64,000 bases of DNA, from NCBI GenBank assembly GCA_963662795.1, contig OY759746.1:320001-384000 (forward strand), read 5' to 3'. Shown piece after piece: positions 41,681 to 50,599 of this stretch. A model generated the notes under the pieces. The model was not told where the DNA came from. It saw nothing but the letters and a program-made list of their open reading frames with translations, and ran no database searches. This stretch comes from Spirochaetia bacterium. Its GTDB lineage: Bacteria > Spirochaetota > Spirochaetia > CADAEX01. The first letter of the stretch is position 1. The number at the start of each line of letters is the position of its first letter. Made by a program: the position numbers and the translations under genes.

Positions 41681-41774
41681 TGATTTGTTGTTTCCCTATC
41701 CATATATATTTAAAAAATGCCTGATATAATGCCACAGGGCGGGGCTGCTGTTTCAAATCCGGCCAGCCCGGTAT

Positions 41775-42164
41775 TTACTCGAGCTTTATTGCAGGCTTTA
41801 TATCTATCAGGGGTGTACCGCTGAGACAATCAAGCCCCCTCACTGTTACAACGCAGTTTTCAATTGATACAACAGGAATAACCGCAGCTCCTATAGGATT
41901 AGGCCGGTGCGGTGTTCTTAAGGCAAATGAACCTGCATGTCCCCTGTCTTTAGTTTGCTTTTCTATCACTTCCCTATCTGCCCTCTCAAACCAATAGAGA
42001 ACAAGTATCCTCTGCCCCGGTTTAAGCCCGATTAATCCGGGTTTAAACTCTTCATCAAGCACTATCTGACAAAACGGGCCGTCCAAATCGATATTTTTAG
42101 GACATTCCTCTACAGTATGATAGGGGGTGCTGATATAACCTATAAATTTAAGCTCAGCATTCAT
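41775..42164 (-). CDS. TsaA/TrmO (YaeB)-like SAM-binding protein
   Basis: IGYISTPY, FALRTPHRPNPIG and GLDCLSGTPLIDIKP motifs. Confidence 0.88.
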   Translation of the reverse strand: MNAELKFIGYISTPYHTVEECPKNIDLDGPFCQIVLDEEFKPGLIGLKPGQRILVLYWFERADREVIEKQTKDRGHAGSFALRTPHRPNPIGAAVIPVVSIENCVVTVRGLDCLSGTPLIDIKPAIKLE

Positions 42165-42231
42165 CTGATTCTACTCCTTTGTCGCATAACTTTATCTGAA
42201 GCACTAAAGCATTGGTCAGTTTTTAGTGTTT

Positions 42232-42945
42232 CTATTTTCTTCTTGCTGCATAGACATTGTAAAAATCATCAGCGCCGCATTTGGTCTTTTTATAACCTGA
42301 GAAACATTCCGCGTCCGCAAACCCGTTCCTGCTTAAACATTCAAGTATTTTATTTTTCCTGATCGGAAGTAATTTAGTAGAATCTGCATATTCTTCATGC
42401 GTTATTTTATCATAGTATTTTATCCTAAAAATAATCCCGTCTTCCCCTATTTCCGGGTATTCCCGCTCAAAAATATATTCCCTGCTTTCAATTCTGTTAA
42501 ACTCAATTTTTTTATCTTTTAGGATTTTATCATAATTCAATATCTGAAAAATAAAATACCCATTCTTATTCAATACTTTATACAGCAGCTCTACAAAGCC
42601 ATTAAGATCTTTCCAGGTTGTAATATGGGGCAATGTATTGCCCAGACATAAAACACAGTCATATTTTTCATCAGCGCTGAGATCCATCATATTCAATACC
42701 TTAAAATCAACGCTGATATCCTTATCCCGTATTCTTTCCTTTGCGATTTCTATCATTTTTCTGTTAAGATCAATTCCGGATACAGCAAATCCCTGTTTCG
42801 CAAGTTCAATCGCAAGGTCCCCCGTTGCGCATCCTATGTCAAGGATCCGCATATCTTTAGTATTGCAGTATGAACCTATAAAAGACAGTTTTTCACCTTC
42901 CAGAGGAAATATCGAGCTGTAATTCTCCGCAATTAAGTTATACAT
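42232..42945 (-). CDS. Class I SAM-dependent methyltransferase
   Basis: ILDIGCATG, GIDLN and CLGNTLPH motifs; likely start ATG 42945. Confidence 0.88.
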   Translation of the reverse strand: MYNLIAENYSSIFPLEGEKLSFIGSYCNTKDMRILDIGCATGDLAIELAKQGFAVSGIDLNRKMIEIAKERIRDKDISVDFKVLNMMDLSADEKYDCVLCLGNTLPHITTWKDLNGFVELLYKVLNKNGYFIFQILNYDKILKDKKIEFNRIESREYIFEREYPEIGEDGIIFRIKYYDKITHEEYADSTKLLPIRKNKILECLSRNGFADAECFSGYKKTKCGADDFYNVYAARRK

Positions 42946-43062
42946 TTTAGCCTCCGCTTCTATCGTCTTGAATGCAAATAAAATGGTAATTACAGTATTT
43001 TTTATCCACTTGTTGTACATTCATTTTAATTCGCAATTAATTCTAAGACAATCAGGGTTTTA

Positions 43063-43808
43063 TTATTTCGTTAAACTCCCGAAATCTATTACACACATTT
43101 TACCGTATTGTTTATGTGGACCAAATGAAACACCGGCGATATTAAATTTATTAGTAAGGATATTTTTTCGATGTCCCCGGCTTGATACCCCGTCATCGAC
43201 AAGCAGGGAAATAACAATATCCCTGGCTTCATTATCTCCATAAAAAATATTCTCCCCGAAACCCATTATTTTTGAATTTTTTACTATATTTTTAATTCGT
43301 TTGCTGAAATTATCACCATTAGGACTTTCATGCCCTGTTAATGTGGTCGGTCCCTGTTTATTAACATGGTCAAGTGCAAGCTTGTACAAATCAGGGTCAG
43401 GATTCAGAATACCCATTTTTCTTGTTTTACTTAGAACGGCAATACATTCTTCTACTGCTTTTTTACCTTCATTTGTTATATAAGTCTTGCCATTGATAAA
43501 TAATTCTTTATTATTGCTGTATTGCTTTAAACGAGATTTTATATATAGATCTGAATATTTAACAGGGTCTGTCCTTACTTTATTCATCTCAAGTATTACA
43601 TTTTTTTCAGTATTTGTTAGATAATCTGCACCTAAGGCTATATCCAGTAAATTTAAGTCCCAGTTTCCCGGGTCTTTTTCATATTGCCTGTTATTGATAT
43701 TTTCTGTAAAAGTTTTTATTCCACCAACGGATTTTCATAAGCTTTTTCAATACTCTGACAGGAAATCAAAGTTAATGAAATTAAAATGAATAGTGGAGGA
43801 TATTTCAT
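43063..43808 (-). pseudogene. CAP/SCP-domain lipoprotein, frameshifted after the signal peptide and cut from its upstream region by IS4
   Basis: ATG 43808 gives MKYPPLFILISLTLISC (lipobox) and stops at ~43720; another frame continues into the CAP domain (GENI, LLVDDGVSSRGHRKNIL). Confidence 0.7.
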
Positions 43809-43817
43809 ATATATTCC

Positions 43818-45092
43818 CATAGGTGTCCAAAACAAGGACTATTAATTGCCTGAAATCCCAACTATAATGAATTAAGCTTGGACGGCTAATTCTTTACAGG
43901 AAAAGGAAATCAGGCAATGAGTTACAATAATACCATTTTAAAACAAATTCTACAAATAATTCCGAGACATGAATTTGAAAAATCTGTAAAAAAACATAAA
44001 GGGGACTTTGCTTCCAAAGGTTTTACCTGTTGGCAGCATTTTGTCTCCATGCTCTTTGCACAACTTTCAGGACAGACCGGGTTAAGAGGCATTGAAAACT
44101 CTTTTGAATCAATCAGTAACCACCTTTATCATATGGGTGTAAAAAAGGTAAAACGCTCTACATTATCTTACGCAAATAATAATAGAAGCTGTGAAGTTTA
44201 TGAAAATGTTTTCACTGATCTTCTTGATAAGATATTATCCATGAAGAGAGCGCATAAACATAAATTTAAAAATCCTCTTTACAGTGTTGATGCATCAACT
44301 ATTGACTTGTGTTTAAATCTCTTTCCCTGGGCAAATTTCAGAAAATATAAAGGCGGAATAAAACTTAATGTAAAACTTGACCATAGTGGATATATTCCAG
44401 CTTTTGTATCAGTTACAACTGCAAAAACACATGAAGTCAATTCCTTGAAAAAAATGGCTTTCAACAAAGGCGATGTCATCACGTTTGATCGTGGTTATAC
44501 TGACTTTAAATTATTCGCAAATTATTGTAATACCGGTATTTATTTTGTTACCAGGTTAAAAAGGAATGCTGATTACACAATTGTTCAGAGAAAAGATACC
44601 TCCTCCTTTAAAAATATTACATCTGATCAAATAATTGAAATGAAAGGATTTTACACCAGTAAAAAATGTCCTTTAAAATTAAGGCGAATCAGAAGCAGAG
44701 ATCCTGAAACTGGTAAATATATTGTAATTCTTACCAATAATTTCCTTTGGTCTCCAGCAACAATTGCTGCTGTTTACAAAGACAGATGGCAGATTGAAAT
44801 ATTTTTTAAAACTATCAAACAGAACCTCAAGATCAAGAAATTCTTTGGTACTTCCAGAAATGCTGTAATGACACAAATCTGGATTGCCCTAATTGCTTTT
44901 CTGTTACTTCAGTTCCTTAAAATGTTTTCAAGCAGAAAATGGACTCATTTTTCACTGATGAAATTGATTCCTGTAATACTGACATCAAGAAAAGATATCT
45001 GGACTGTTCTCAATAAACCGCCTTCAGAACAGACTAAAAAAACTAGTTTCAATCTTCAACTGGAGCTGTTATGATTGTTTTGGACACCTATG
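43818..45092 (+). mobile_element. IS4 family insertion sequence, 1275 bp
   Basis: Perfect 18-bp terminal IRs CATAGGTGTCCAAAACAA (43818-43835, 45075-45092); 5-bp target duplication ATTCC (43813-43817, 45093-45097). Confidence 0.95.
43917..45074 (+). CDS. IS4 family DDE transposase
   Basis: VDASTI, FDRGY and the YREK signature YKDRWQIEIFFKTIKQ. Confidence 0.95.
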   Translation: MSYNNTILKQILQIIPRHEFEKSVKKHKGDFASKGFTCWQHFVSMLFAQLSGQTGLRGIENSFESISNHLYHMGVKKVKRSTLSYANNNRSCEVYENVFTDLLDKILSMKRAHKHKFKNPLYSVDASTIDLCLNLFPWANFRKYKGGIKLNVKLDHSGYIPAFVSVTTAKTHEVNSLKKMAFNKGDVITFDRGYTDFKLFANYCNTGIYFVTRLKRNADYTIVQRKDTSSFKNITSDQIIEMKGFYTSKKCPLKLRRIRSRDPETGKYIVILTNNFLWSPATIAAVYKDRWQIEIFFKTIKQNLKIKKFFGTSRNAVMTQIWIALIAFLLLQFLKMFSSRKWTHFSLMKLIPVILTSRKDIWTVLNKPPSEQTKKTSFNLQLELL

Positions 45093-45612
45093 ATTCCTTT
45101 TAATAAATCAATAATATCTTTATCAGAAAATTTTAATCTTGATTTTTTTTAATCGCAACAATAATTAAATATTCACAGTTCCTCTTTGGTGATTTTTTTA
45201 ATATTCATTTCTACATAATTTTTCAATTATATTAGTTTTCGGATCTTCTTCCTAAAAAGCAACACAATTGGAAGGTTTATTTCAGAAATACTTTGACACT
45301 CTCCTCTTTTTTAGATCAGGTAAAGGTGAATAATATACCGTTCTGCTTCTCTCTCATTTTACTTATCTGTCTATAAATACAGACAGATATATTTATAGTG
45401 TCATGTAACACTATTTAAAACAATGAATTACCTTTTATTCTCTTGCCTCCACCATTCATTTATAGATAAGAAATCCTCTTTTCTTATCCGCTGCAGGGGT
45501 GTATAATTGGAAAATAACTCTATATTGCGACTAAGAGTAGAAATATTATTTATCACTCTAAACACATTTTAATCAATGAAATGCTTGCTTAATATAAATA
45601 AAGGAAATGAAA

Positions 45613-46524
45613 ATGAAGGAGACAGAAGCTCGTTCTCAGATTTTCCTCTGGCTAAAAGAAAAATCCAGAGAAAATTTTGGTGTGTTCTCCTGGCAGGATC
45701 TCAAAGACGGATTTTCCTACCAGGGACAACGAATTACACTGATCGGTCAAAAGGGAATCTGGAAACCCAAAGAATTTACATTACCGATTTCAATTATGTC
45801 TGCAATGAATAGTCCATATAAGGATGGAGATACCTCTGATGGATTATTTGAATACAAATATAGAGGTAATGATCCAAATCATGGCGATAATATTTTATTA
45901 CGAGAATTAATGAGAACAAGAACTCCTTTAATATATTTAGAACAGATCAAATCAGGAAAATATAATGTTGTTTGGCCGGTGTTTATTATTAATAATTTCA
46001 CCTCTGAACTATCTGTACACGTGGCTGTTGATCCGGCATATATCATTAATTCCAATAATATCTTTTCCGATGATAAGTATTTCTTGGAAAACGATAATTC
46101 TGCTCTTAGTATTCGAAAATACATCACCGCACAAACACAAGTGAGGCTTCACCAGACGGCATTCCGGGAAATTATCCTGGATGCCTATAGCAGGCAATGC
46201 ACATTATGTCGGTTGCAACACCCCGAATTACTGGATGCCGCGCATATTACACCCGATTCAGACGAAAGAGGCGTCCCGGTGGTTACCAACGGACTTTCCT
46301 TATGTAAAATACATCATGCCGCCTATGATAAAAACATAATAGGGATTTCACCAGATTATAAAATTAAGGTTCGGGAAGATATTCTTCATGAAATAGATGG
46401 TCCCATGCTAAAATACGGTCTGCAATCTCTGGAGGGAGGCAGTTTAATTCTGCCTCTAAAAAAGAAAGAACAGCCGGACAGAGACAGATTGTCGGAACGA
46501 TATCGCCTGTTTATTTCTGCATGA
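45613..46524 (+). CDS. HNH endonuclease with an N-terminal SRA/PUA-like domain (putative modification-dependent restriction enzyme)
   Basis: C-terminal R.HQ..FR...CTLC...LDAAHI...NGLSLCKIHHAAYD; the N-terminal assignment (PYKD..YKY..DN..L) is tentative. Confidence 0.75.
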   Translation: MKETEARSQIFLWLKEKSRENFGVFSWQDLKDGFSYQGQRITLIGQKGIWKPKEFTLPISIMSAMNSPYKDGDTSDGLFEYKYRGNDPNHGDNILLRELMRTRTPLIYLEQIKSGKYNVVWPVFIINNFTSELSVHVAVDPAYIINSNNIFSDDKYFLENDNSALSIRKYITAQTQVRLHQTAFREIILDAYSRQCTLCRLQHPELLDAAHITPDSDERGVPVVTNGLSLCKIHHAAYDKNIIGISPDYKIKVREDILHEIDGPMLKYGLQSLEGGSLILPLKKKEQPDRDRLSERYRLFISA

Positions 46525-46751
46525 TTTATTATATTCTCATATTTTCTTTTTACGGAATAGCTAATAGAAAAATGTAATTTCACATGGTCTGAAGTAGAGT
46601 GAAGACAAATTACTATTTCCAAACGACTGGATTCCTTTCCTCTCATTATCTATTCTATTAAAAAGGAAAATGTGGTGTTTTTATGAACTACGTTAAAACT
46701 GTCAGTATCTATTCTGACACATTCTTCCGGGCTCAGCATATTATTTCAACT

Positions 46752-47852
46752 TTATCTACTCAATTCCCTTAAAATCCTGGTGTAGATTTCTGCTGCAGCG
46801 CAGACCTGATCAAACTCCACACACTCGTCTTTGGTGTGAGCCCTCTCAAGCTGGCCGGGACCCAGTATAATCGGCAGGCAGCCTGCATCTCTTAAGAGGT
46901 TGGCATCTGAATGACTTTTAAACGCCATTGGATTCCATTCTCTTTCAAGTGTTTGAAAAATCCGCTTTAAGAGCTGGGGGAATGCTTCTTCCGGTGACAT
47001 CACAAACCCGTCGGCAAGGGTCGGAAACTCAAGCTCATATTTAGACGCAGGGCTTGCAGAAAGTTTTTCATCAATAAAGGTTCGCAGTTCATCCGCGAAT
47101 ACACGGGAGGAAACACCGGGGGGAATGTGCAGGTCAACTGCTGCGGCGCAGCGGTCAGGAACTGCAAACCCTGATTCCGAACTGTGCAGATCGCGGATAT
47201 TAAGTACTGTTTTAACCTCAAGGCTTTCTATCCGGTCTTCCAGCTCTATCAAAAACCGCAGCATGGCGTGAATGGCGTTGGTTTCCCGGTCTGACATGGC
47301 AGCATGCCTGCGGTATCCGAAAGCGTGGACAAGCACTTCCACATAGCCGTAATGTTCCATACAGGGCTGCAGACCGGTAGGCTCTGCCACAAGGGCGGTT
47401 TTGAAAGAGCAAGCCTTAAGCAGAGCCTGTGTACCGTCGCCGGTTTCCTCCTCGCCGACCACCAGAGCCAGTAGCACGTTATCCGGCAGAACCCCAAGTT
47501 CCACCGCAGACATAAAAGCCTCTATCATGGCGGCGCAGCCGCTTTTCATATCAGAGGTGCCGAGCCCGCGGCAAAGGCCGTTATGGTCTGAAAAACCGTA
47601 ATGCTCTATGTCATAGGCAGGCACCGTGTCGATATGGCCGAGGAACAGTGTATCCTGATTGCCTGAGTCTGATGAAATGAGCAGGTTCGAACGCGACTCA
47701 TCAACCGGCTGCCGTTCGACTGAAAGACCGGTCACCATCAGAATATTTTCGAGGAAATCAGTAAGCTCCTCCTCTTTGCCTGAAGGGCTGTAGAAGTCGA
47801 CCATATTCTGAAACAGGGCATAAAGCCGCTTGGTGTTGACGGAGTATGCCAT
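46752..47852 (-). CDS. M20 family metallopeptidase/deacylase (ArgE/DapE-like)
   Basis: GHIDTV, GLGTSDMKSG, VGEE, AEPT and AHTKDE ligands intact. Confidence 0.9.
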   Translation of the reverse strand: MAYSVNTKRLYALFQNMVDFYSPSGKEEELTDFLENILMVTGLSVERQPVDESRSNLLISSDSGNQDTLFLGHIDTVPAYDIEHYGFSDHNGLCRGLGTSDMKSGCAAMIEAFMSAVELGVLPDNVLLALVVGEEETGDGTQALLKACSFKTALVAEPTGLQPCMEHYGYVEVLVHAFGYRRHAAMSDRETNAIHAMLRFLIELEDRIESLEVKTVLNIRDLHSSESGFAVPDRCAAAVDLHIPPGVSSRVFADELRTFIDEKLSASPASKYELEFPTLADGFVMSPEEAFPQLLKRIFQTLEREWNPMAFKSHSDANLLRDAGCLPIILGPGQLERAHTKDECVEFDQVCAAAEIYTRILRELSR

Positions 47853-47855
47853 GCC

Positions 47856-48329
47856 CTATTCTTCCTTTTTAAGGTTCATCGTCATGTAGACATGCTCTGT
47901 CGGGTTTTCAAACCCTTTGCGCCGGAAAAACTTAATGGCAGGCTCGTTATCGGCCTGTGTGTCGACTATCAGCATACGAATCCCTTCAGCTTCCATGAGT
48001 TCACGGAAGCGTTCAAACAAAAGGCTTCCGATTTTCATGCGGGCATAGTCCGGGTCAACGCCCAGCCACAGCAGGTGGCCGTAGTTCCAGGCCGTGCGGG
48101 CCTTTTCGACAATTGTGCCCATGGCAAACCCGACGACCTGTTCTTTGTACTCTGCGACAAGAACAAACTCTGTTTCGCTGTTGAAAAGATGGGTTACCTC
48201 ATATTCATCCCATGTACGGTAAAGGTTTGAAAATTCCCCGGAGGTAAATACTTTTTCTCCCAGATGAAAGATCGCGGCAAGATCATCTATGGTCGCTGTC
48301 CTGATTTCTATTTTACGTTCAATACCCAT
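47856..48329 (-). CDS. GNAT family N-acetyltransferase
   Basis: LGVDPDYARMKIG and NEPAIKFFRRKGF motifs; ATG 48329 after GGAGGAG. Confidence 0.88.
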   Translation of the reverse strand: MGIERKIEIRTATIDDLAAIFHLGEKVFTSGEFSNLYRTWDEYEVTHLFNSETEFVLVAEYKEQVVGFAMGTIVEKARTAWNYGHLLWLGVDPDYARMKIGSLLFERFRELMEAEGIRMLIVDTQADNEPAIKFFRRKGFENPTEHVYMTMNLKKEE

Positions 48330-48475
48330 TTTCACTCCTCCCAGTCCGGTTCCAGGCTGCGCTCCTGCATAGAATGGTTTCATTTTTTGTATAACCTAAA
48401 AAGGTATTGATTCATTAAGTCATCTACTGCAGTAAGAATAAAATTTCTCTATATTCTTATTTTCATTTATCTTTT

Positions 48476-48811
48476 TTATACTTTTACAAGATGTATCTCA
48501 TCCTCCAAAGCTTTTTCCACAAATTTATTGATCGATAGATTCATCTTTTTTGCTGTTATTGCTACTTCCCGATGCAGCTCCGGAGATAATCTTAAATTAA
48601 ATTTTCCGGAATATGGTTTTTCAGGATTAACCCCTTCTTCTTTACACCATCCCAGATATTCATCTATTGATTCCGTAAATGCGCTTTCTAATTCATCAAC
48701 TGTTTTTCCCTGAAATGTGATTACATCTTTTGTATTAATTATTTCACCGTGAAATATTTTAGCAATATCATCAAATTCAACATTTCCTATATAACCCTTG
48801 TATTCCATCAT
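48476..48811 (-). CDS. hicB: Type II TA antitoxin HicB
   Basis: MEYKGY, FHGEI, DVITFQG and PEKPYSGKFNLRLSPELH motifs. Confidence 0.93.
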   Translation of the reverse strand: MMEYKGYIGNVEFDDIAKIFHGEIINTKDVITFQGKTVDELESAFTESIDEYLGWCKEEGVNPEKPYSGKFNLRLSPELHREVAITAKKMNLSINKFVEKALEDEIHLVKV

Positions 48812-49062
48812 GGCTTTACTCCTGCATTTTCTAAAAATCTCCTCATTGATTTCACTGAACCTTTATCCATCTCTTTTTGCGGATGCGGTCTATGAAATAC
48901 AGCGCGAATCCCATTTAGCTTGATTCTGACCCTTGAACCATTTCCTTCTGAAATATCAGCACCCAAAAAGAATAGAAGTGATTCAATATCAGACCAGTTT
49001 ATGTTTGATGGGGACGGATTTATGAATATTTCATCTAAAGTCTTCTGATGTTTTTTATTCAT
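48808..49062 (-). CDS. hicA: Type II TA toxin HicA
   Basis: WSDIESL, EGNGSRV and FHRPHP motifs; overlaps the hicB start. Confidence 0.92.
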   Translation of the reverse strand: MNKKHQKTLDEIFINPSPSNINWSDIESLLFFLGADISEGNGSRVRIKLNGIRAVFHRPHPQKEMDKGSVKSMRRFLENAGVKP

Positions 49063-49067
49063 AATTA

Positions 49068-49096
49068 ATAGTACTATCACGCAGTACCAGTGTCAA
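49068..49096 (-). promoter_or_regulatory. hicAB promoter with embedded operator-like half sites
   Basis: TTGACA-17 bp-TACTAT, 5 nt before the ATG; TGGTACTG and TAGTACTA palindromic motifs inside. Confidence 0.7.
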
Positions 49097-49162
49097 GGAT
49101 TTAAATTATTCTAAATTCTCTGGAACATATTTTGCATATCAGTTTTGAGTCACTGCGACAGT

Positions 49163-50149
49163 TTACAACAGCGATTCCCGGATCTCTTCAAGCTGATTTT
49201 TAAGGTCAAGGATCTCATTCTCCCAGAAATTATCCGACCCCCACTGCGGAAAATTTGTCCTGAACTGCAGATCATCATACTGCCGCGCGCACCATGCGAG
49301 GAAGTATATCATTCTCATTACCCTTAAGGGTTCAATCAGCCTGGATGAATTATGATCGAAGGGATGGAACTGCTCATATCCTTGGACAAGAAGATTGAAT
49401 TCCCTGCGCGATTCTGCAAAGCTGCCTGAAAGAAGTAGCCATAAATCATGGACAGCAGGGCCCATGGCCATATCATCAAAATCAATTATCATAAGCTGAT
49501 TGTTTCCGTCCCGGTCCGGCCTGCAGAGTATATTTCCGGTATGACAGTCTCCATGGATCCTCTGCACCGGTGTATCCGAAAACAACGGGACAATCAGAGC
49601 CAGTATTTCATTTGTTGTTTTTTTGAAATCTGTTTTAAAGCTTCCCTGCATAAATGGCCCGCCCAGAAGTTCGTCAATATCATTCCGTGTTGAATCAGAC
49701 GGATCAAGCACTATCCTGTGACTGCTGTTTCTCTTTCTGCCTGCGGCATGAATCCGTCCCAGTAAAGAACCGGCCCTGAGAAAATCCTCATCACAGTTAA
49801 GCTCAAACATTCTCCCTGATTTTTTGGGAAATAGGGTGAAAAAAAATCCATTGCTCCTGCCGAGAGTATCACCATTGGAAAGCCTTAAAGGGTTTACAAC
49901 CGGGATTTCACTTTCAGCACAGTCATGAATAAAGGCATGCTCTTCCCTGAGCGCCTCTTCGCTCCAGCGGCCCGGGCGGTAAAATTTCGCGACAAGCCTC
50001 TCCCCCTCTTCGGTTTCAATTTCATAAACACGGTTAATATAGCTTGGAAACGGAGAAATCAATCCTGTAAGTTTAAATCCGGAGGACTCCTCTACGGCCT
50101 GGTGTACCGCATCCGGGGTAAGATCCGAGAATTCTGATTTGATATTCAT
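49163..50149 (-). CDS. srkA: Stress-response Ser/Thr kinase (SrkA/RdoA/YihE family)
   Basis: SYINRVY, KFYRPGRWS, IHGDCHTGN and DFDD motifs. Confidence 0.88.
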   Translation of the reverse strand: MNIKSEFSDLTPDAVHQAVEESSGFKLTGLISPFPSYINRVYEIETEEGERLVAKFYRPGRWSEEALREEHAFIHDCAESEIPVVNPLRLSNGDTLGRSNGFFFTLFPKKSGRMFELNCDEDFLRAGSLLGRIHAAGRKRNSSHRIVLDPSDSTRNDIDELLGGPFMQGSFKTDFKKTTNEILALIVPLFSDTPVQRIHGDCHTGNILCRPDRDGNNQLMIIDFDDMAMGPAVHDLWLLLSGSFAESRREFNLLVQGYEQFHPFDHNSSRLIEPLRVMRMIYFLAWCARQYDDLQFRTNFPQWGSDNFWENEILDLKNQLEEIRESLL

Positions 50150-50517
50150 TGGTGGATGATAAACCAATTATAGTTCTGAGGCAATGTGCTTTTATATCTG
50201 TAAGCAGACATTACCAGCGGCAGTCGTAAAATAAGAAAACCGAAAAATAGAAATAAACACGATCTAAAAGCAAAAAAAATGCATCTGAACTTGAAAGAAA
50301 TAAAGTAAATCTTCTGAACTATATTATAATACCTCATTTAAATTATTGGAAGATACGTTTACTGATGGGAGCTGTTATTTTTCACGGATAAATATTACAA
50401 GCAGAATTTAAAACAGAAGCCTTCAGGCGCTTTATTTCAGCCGGCCGGCAAGTAATCATTGCTTCTTTGAAATAAAAAAAGTTGATTTTTATATCATATT
50501 ATTATAGTATGCTATAA

Positions 50518-50573
50518 GAAGATCAGACCTGTGTCGGGCCGTTTTCGGCAACAGCATTCCGCTGTGGGACTTC
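50518..50573 (+). promoter_or_regulatory. NiCo (czcD) metal-sensing riboswitch aptamer, compact form
   Basis: GAAG-AUCAGAC-CUGU-GUCGGGCCG-UUUU-CGGCAACAGC-AUUCC-GCUGUGGGAC-UUC fits the recalled four-way-junction consensus (GA.CAG, CGGGC, GGCAACAG, CUGUGGGAC); lies upstream of a CDF gene and after TTGATT-17-TAGTAT. Confidence 0.78.
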
Positions 50574-50599
50574 AAACATTAATTCAGCGGAGTACTTTT

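Larger units (their letters stand above)
38152..41770. mobile_element. Integrase-less genomic island at tRNA-Pro carrying marR-hgcA-hgcB-(psi arsR)-acr3
   Basis: tRNA 3' end TTCAAATCCGGCCAGCCCG (38163-38181) recurs exactly at 41752-41770, with a degenerate match extending back to ~41740; no integrase between them. Confidence 0.7.

Noticed and set aside
45098-45575. AT-rich segment right of IS4 with a TATCTGTCT-N8-AGACAGATA palindrome and broken frames
   Set aside because: Could be a decayed gene or operator, but no family could be recognised.
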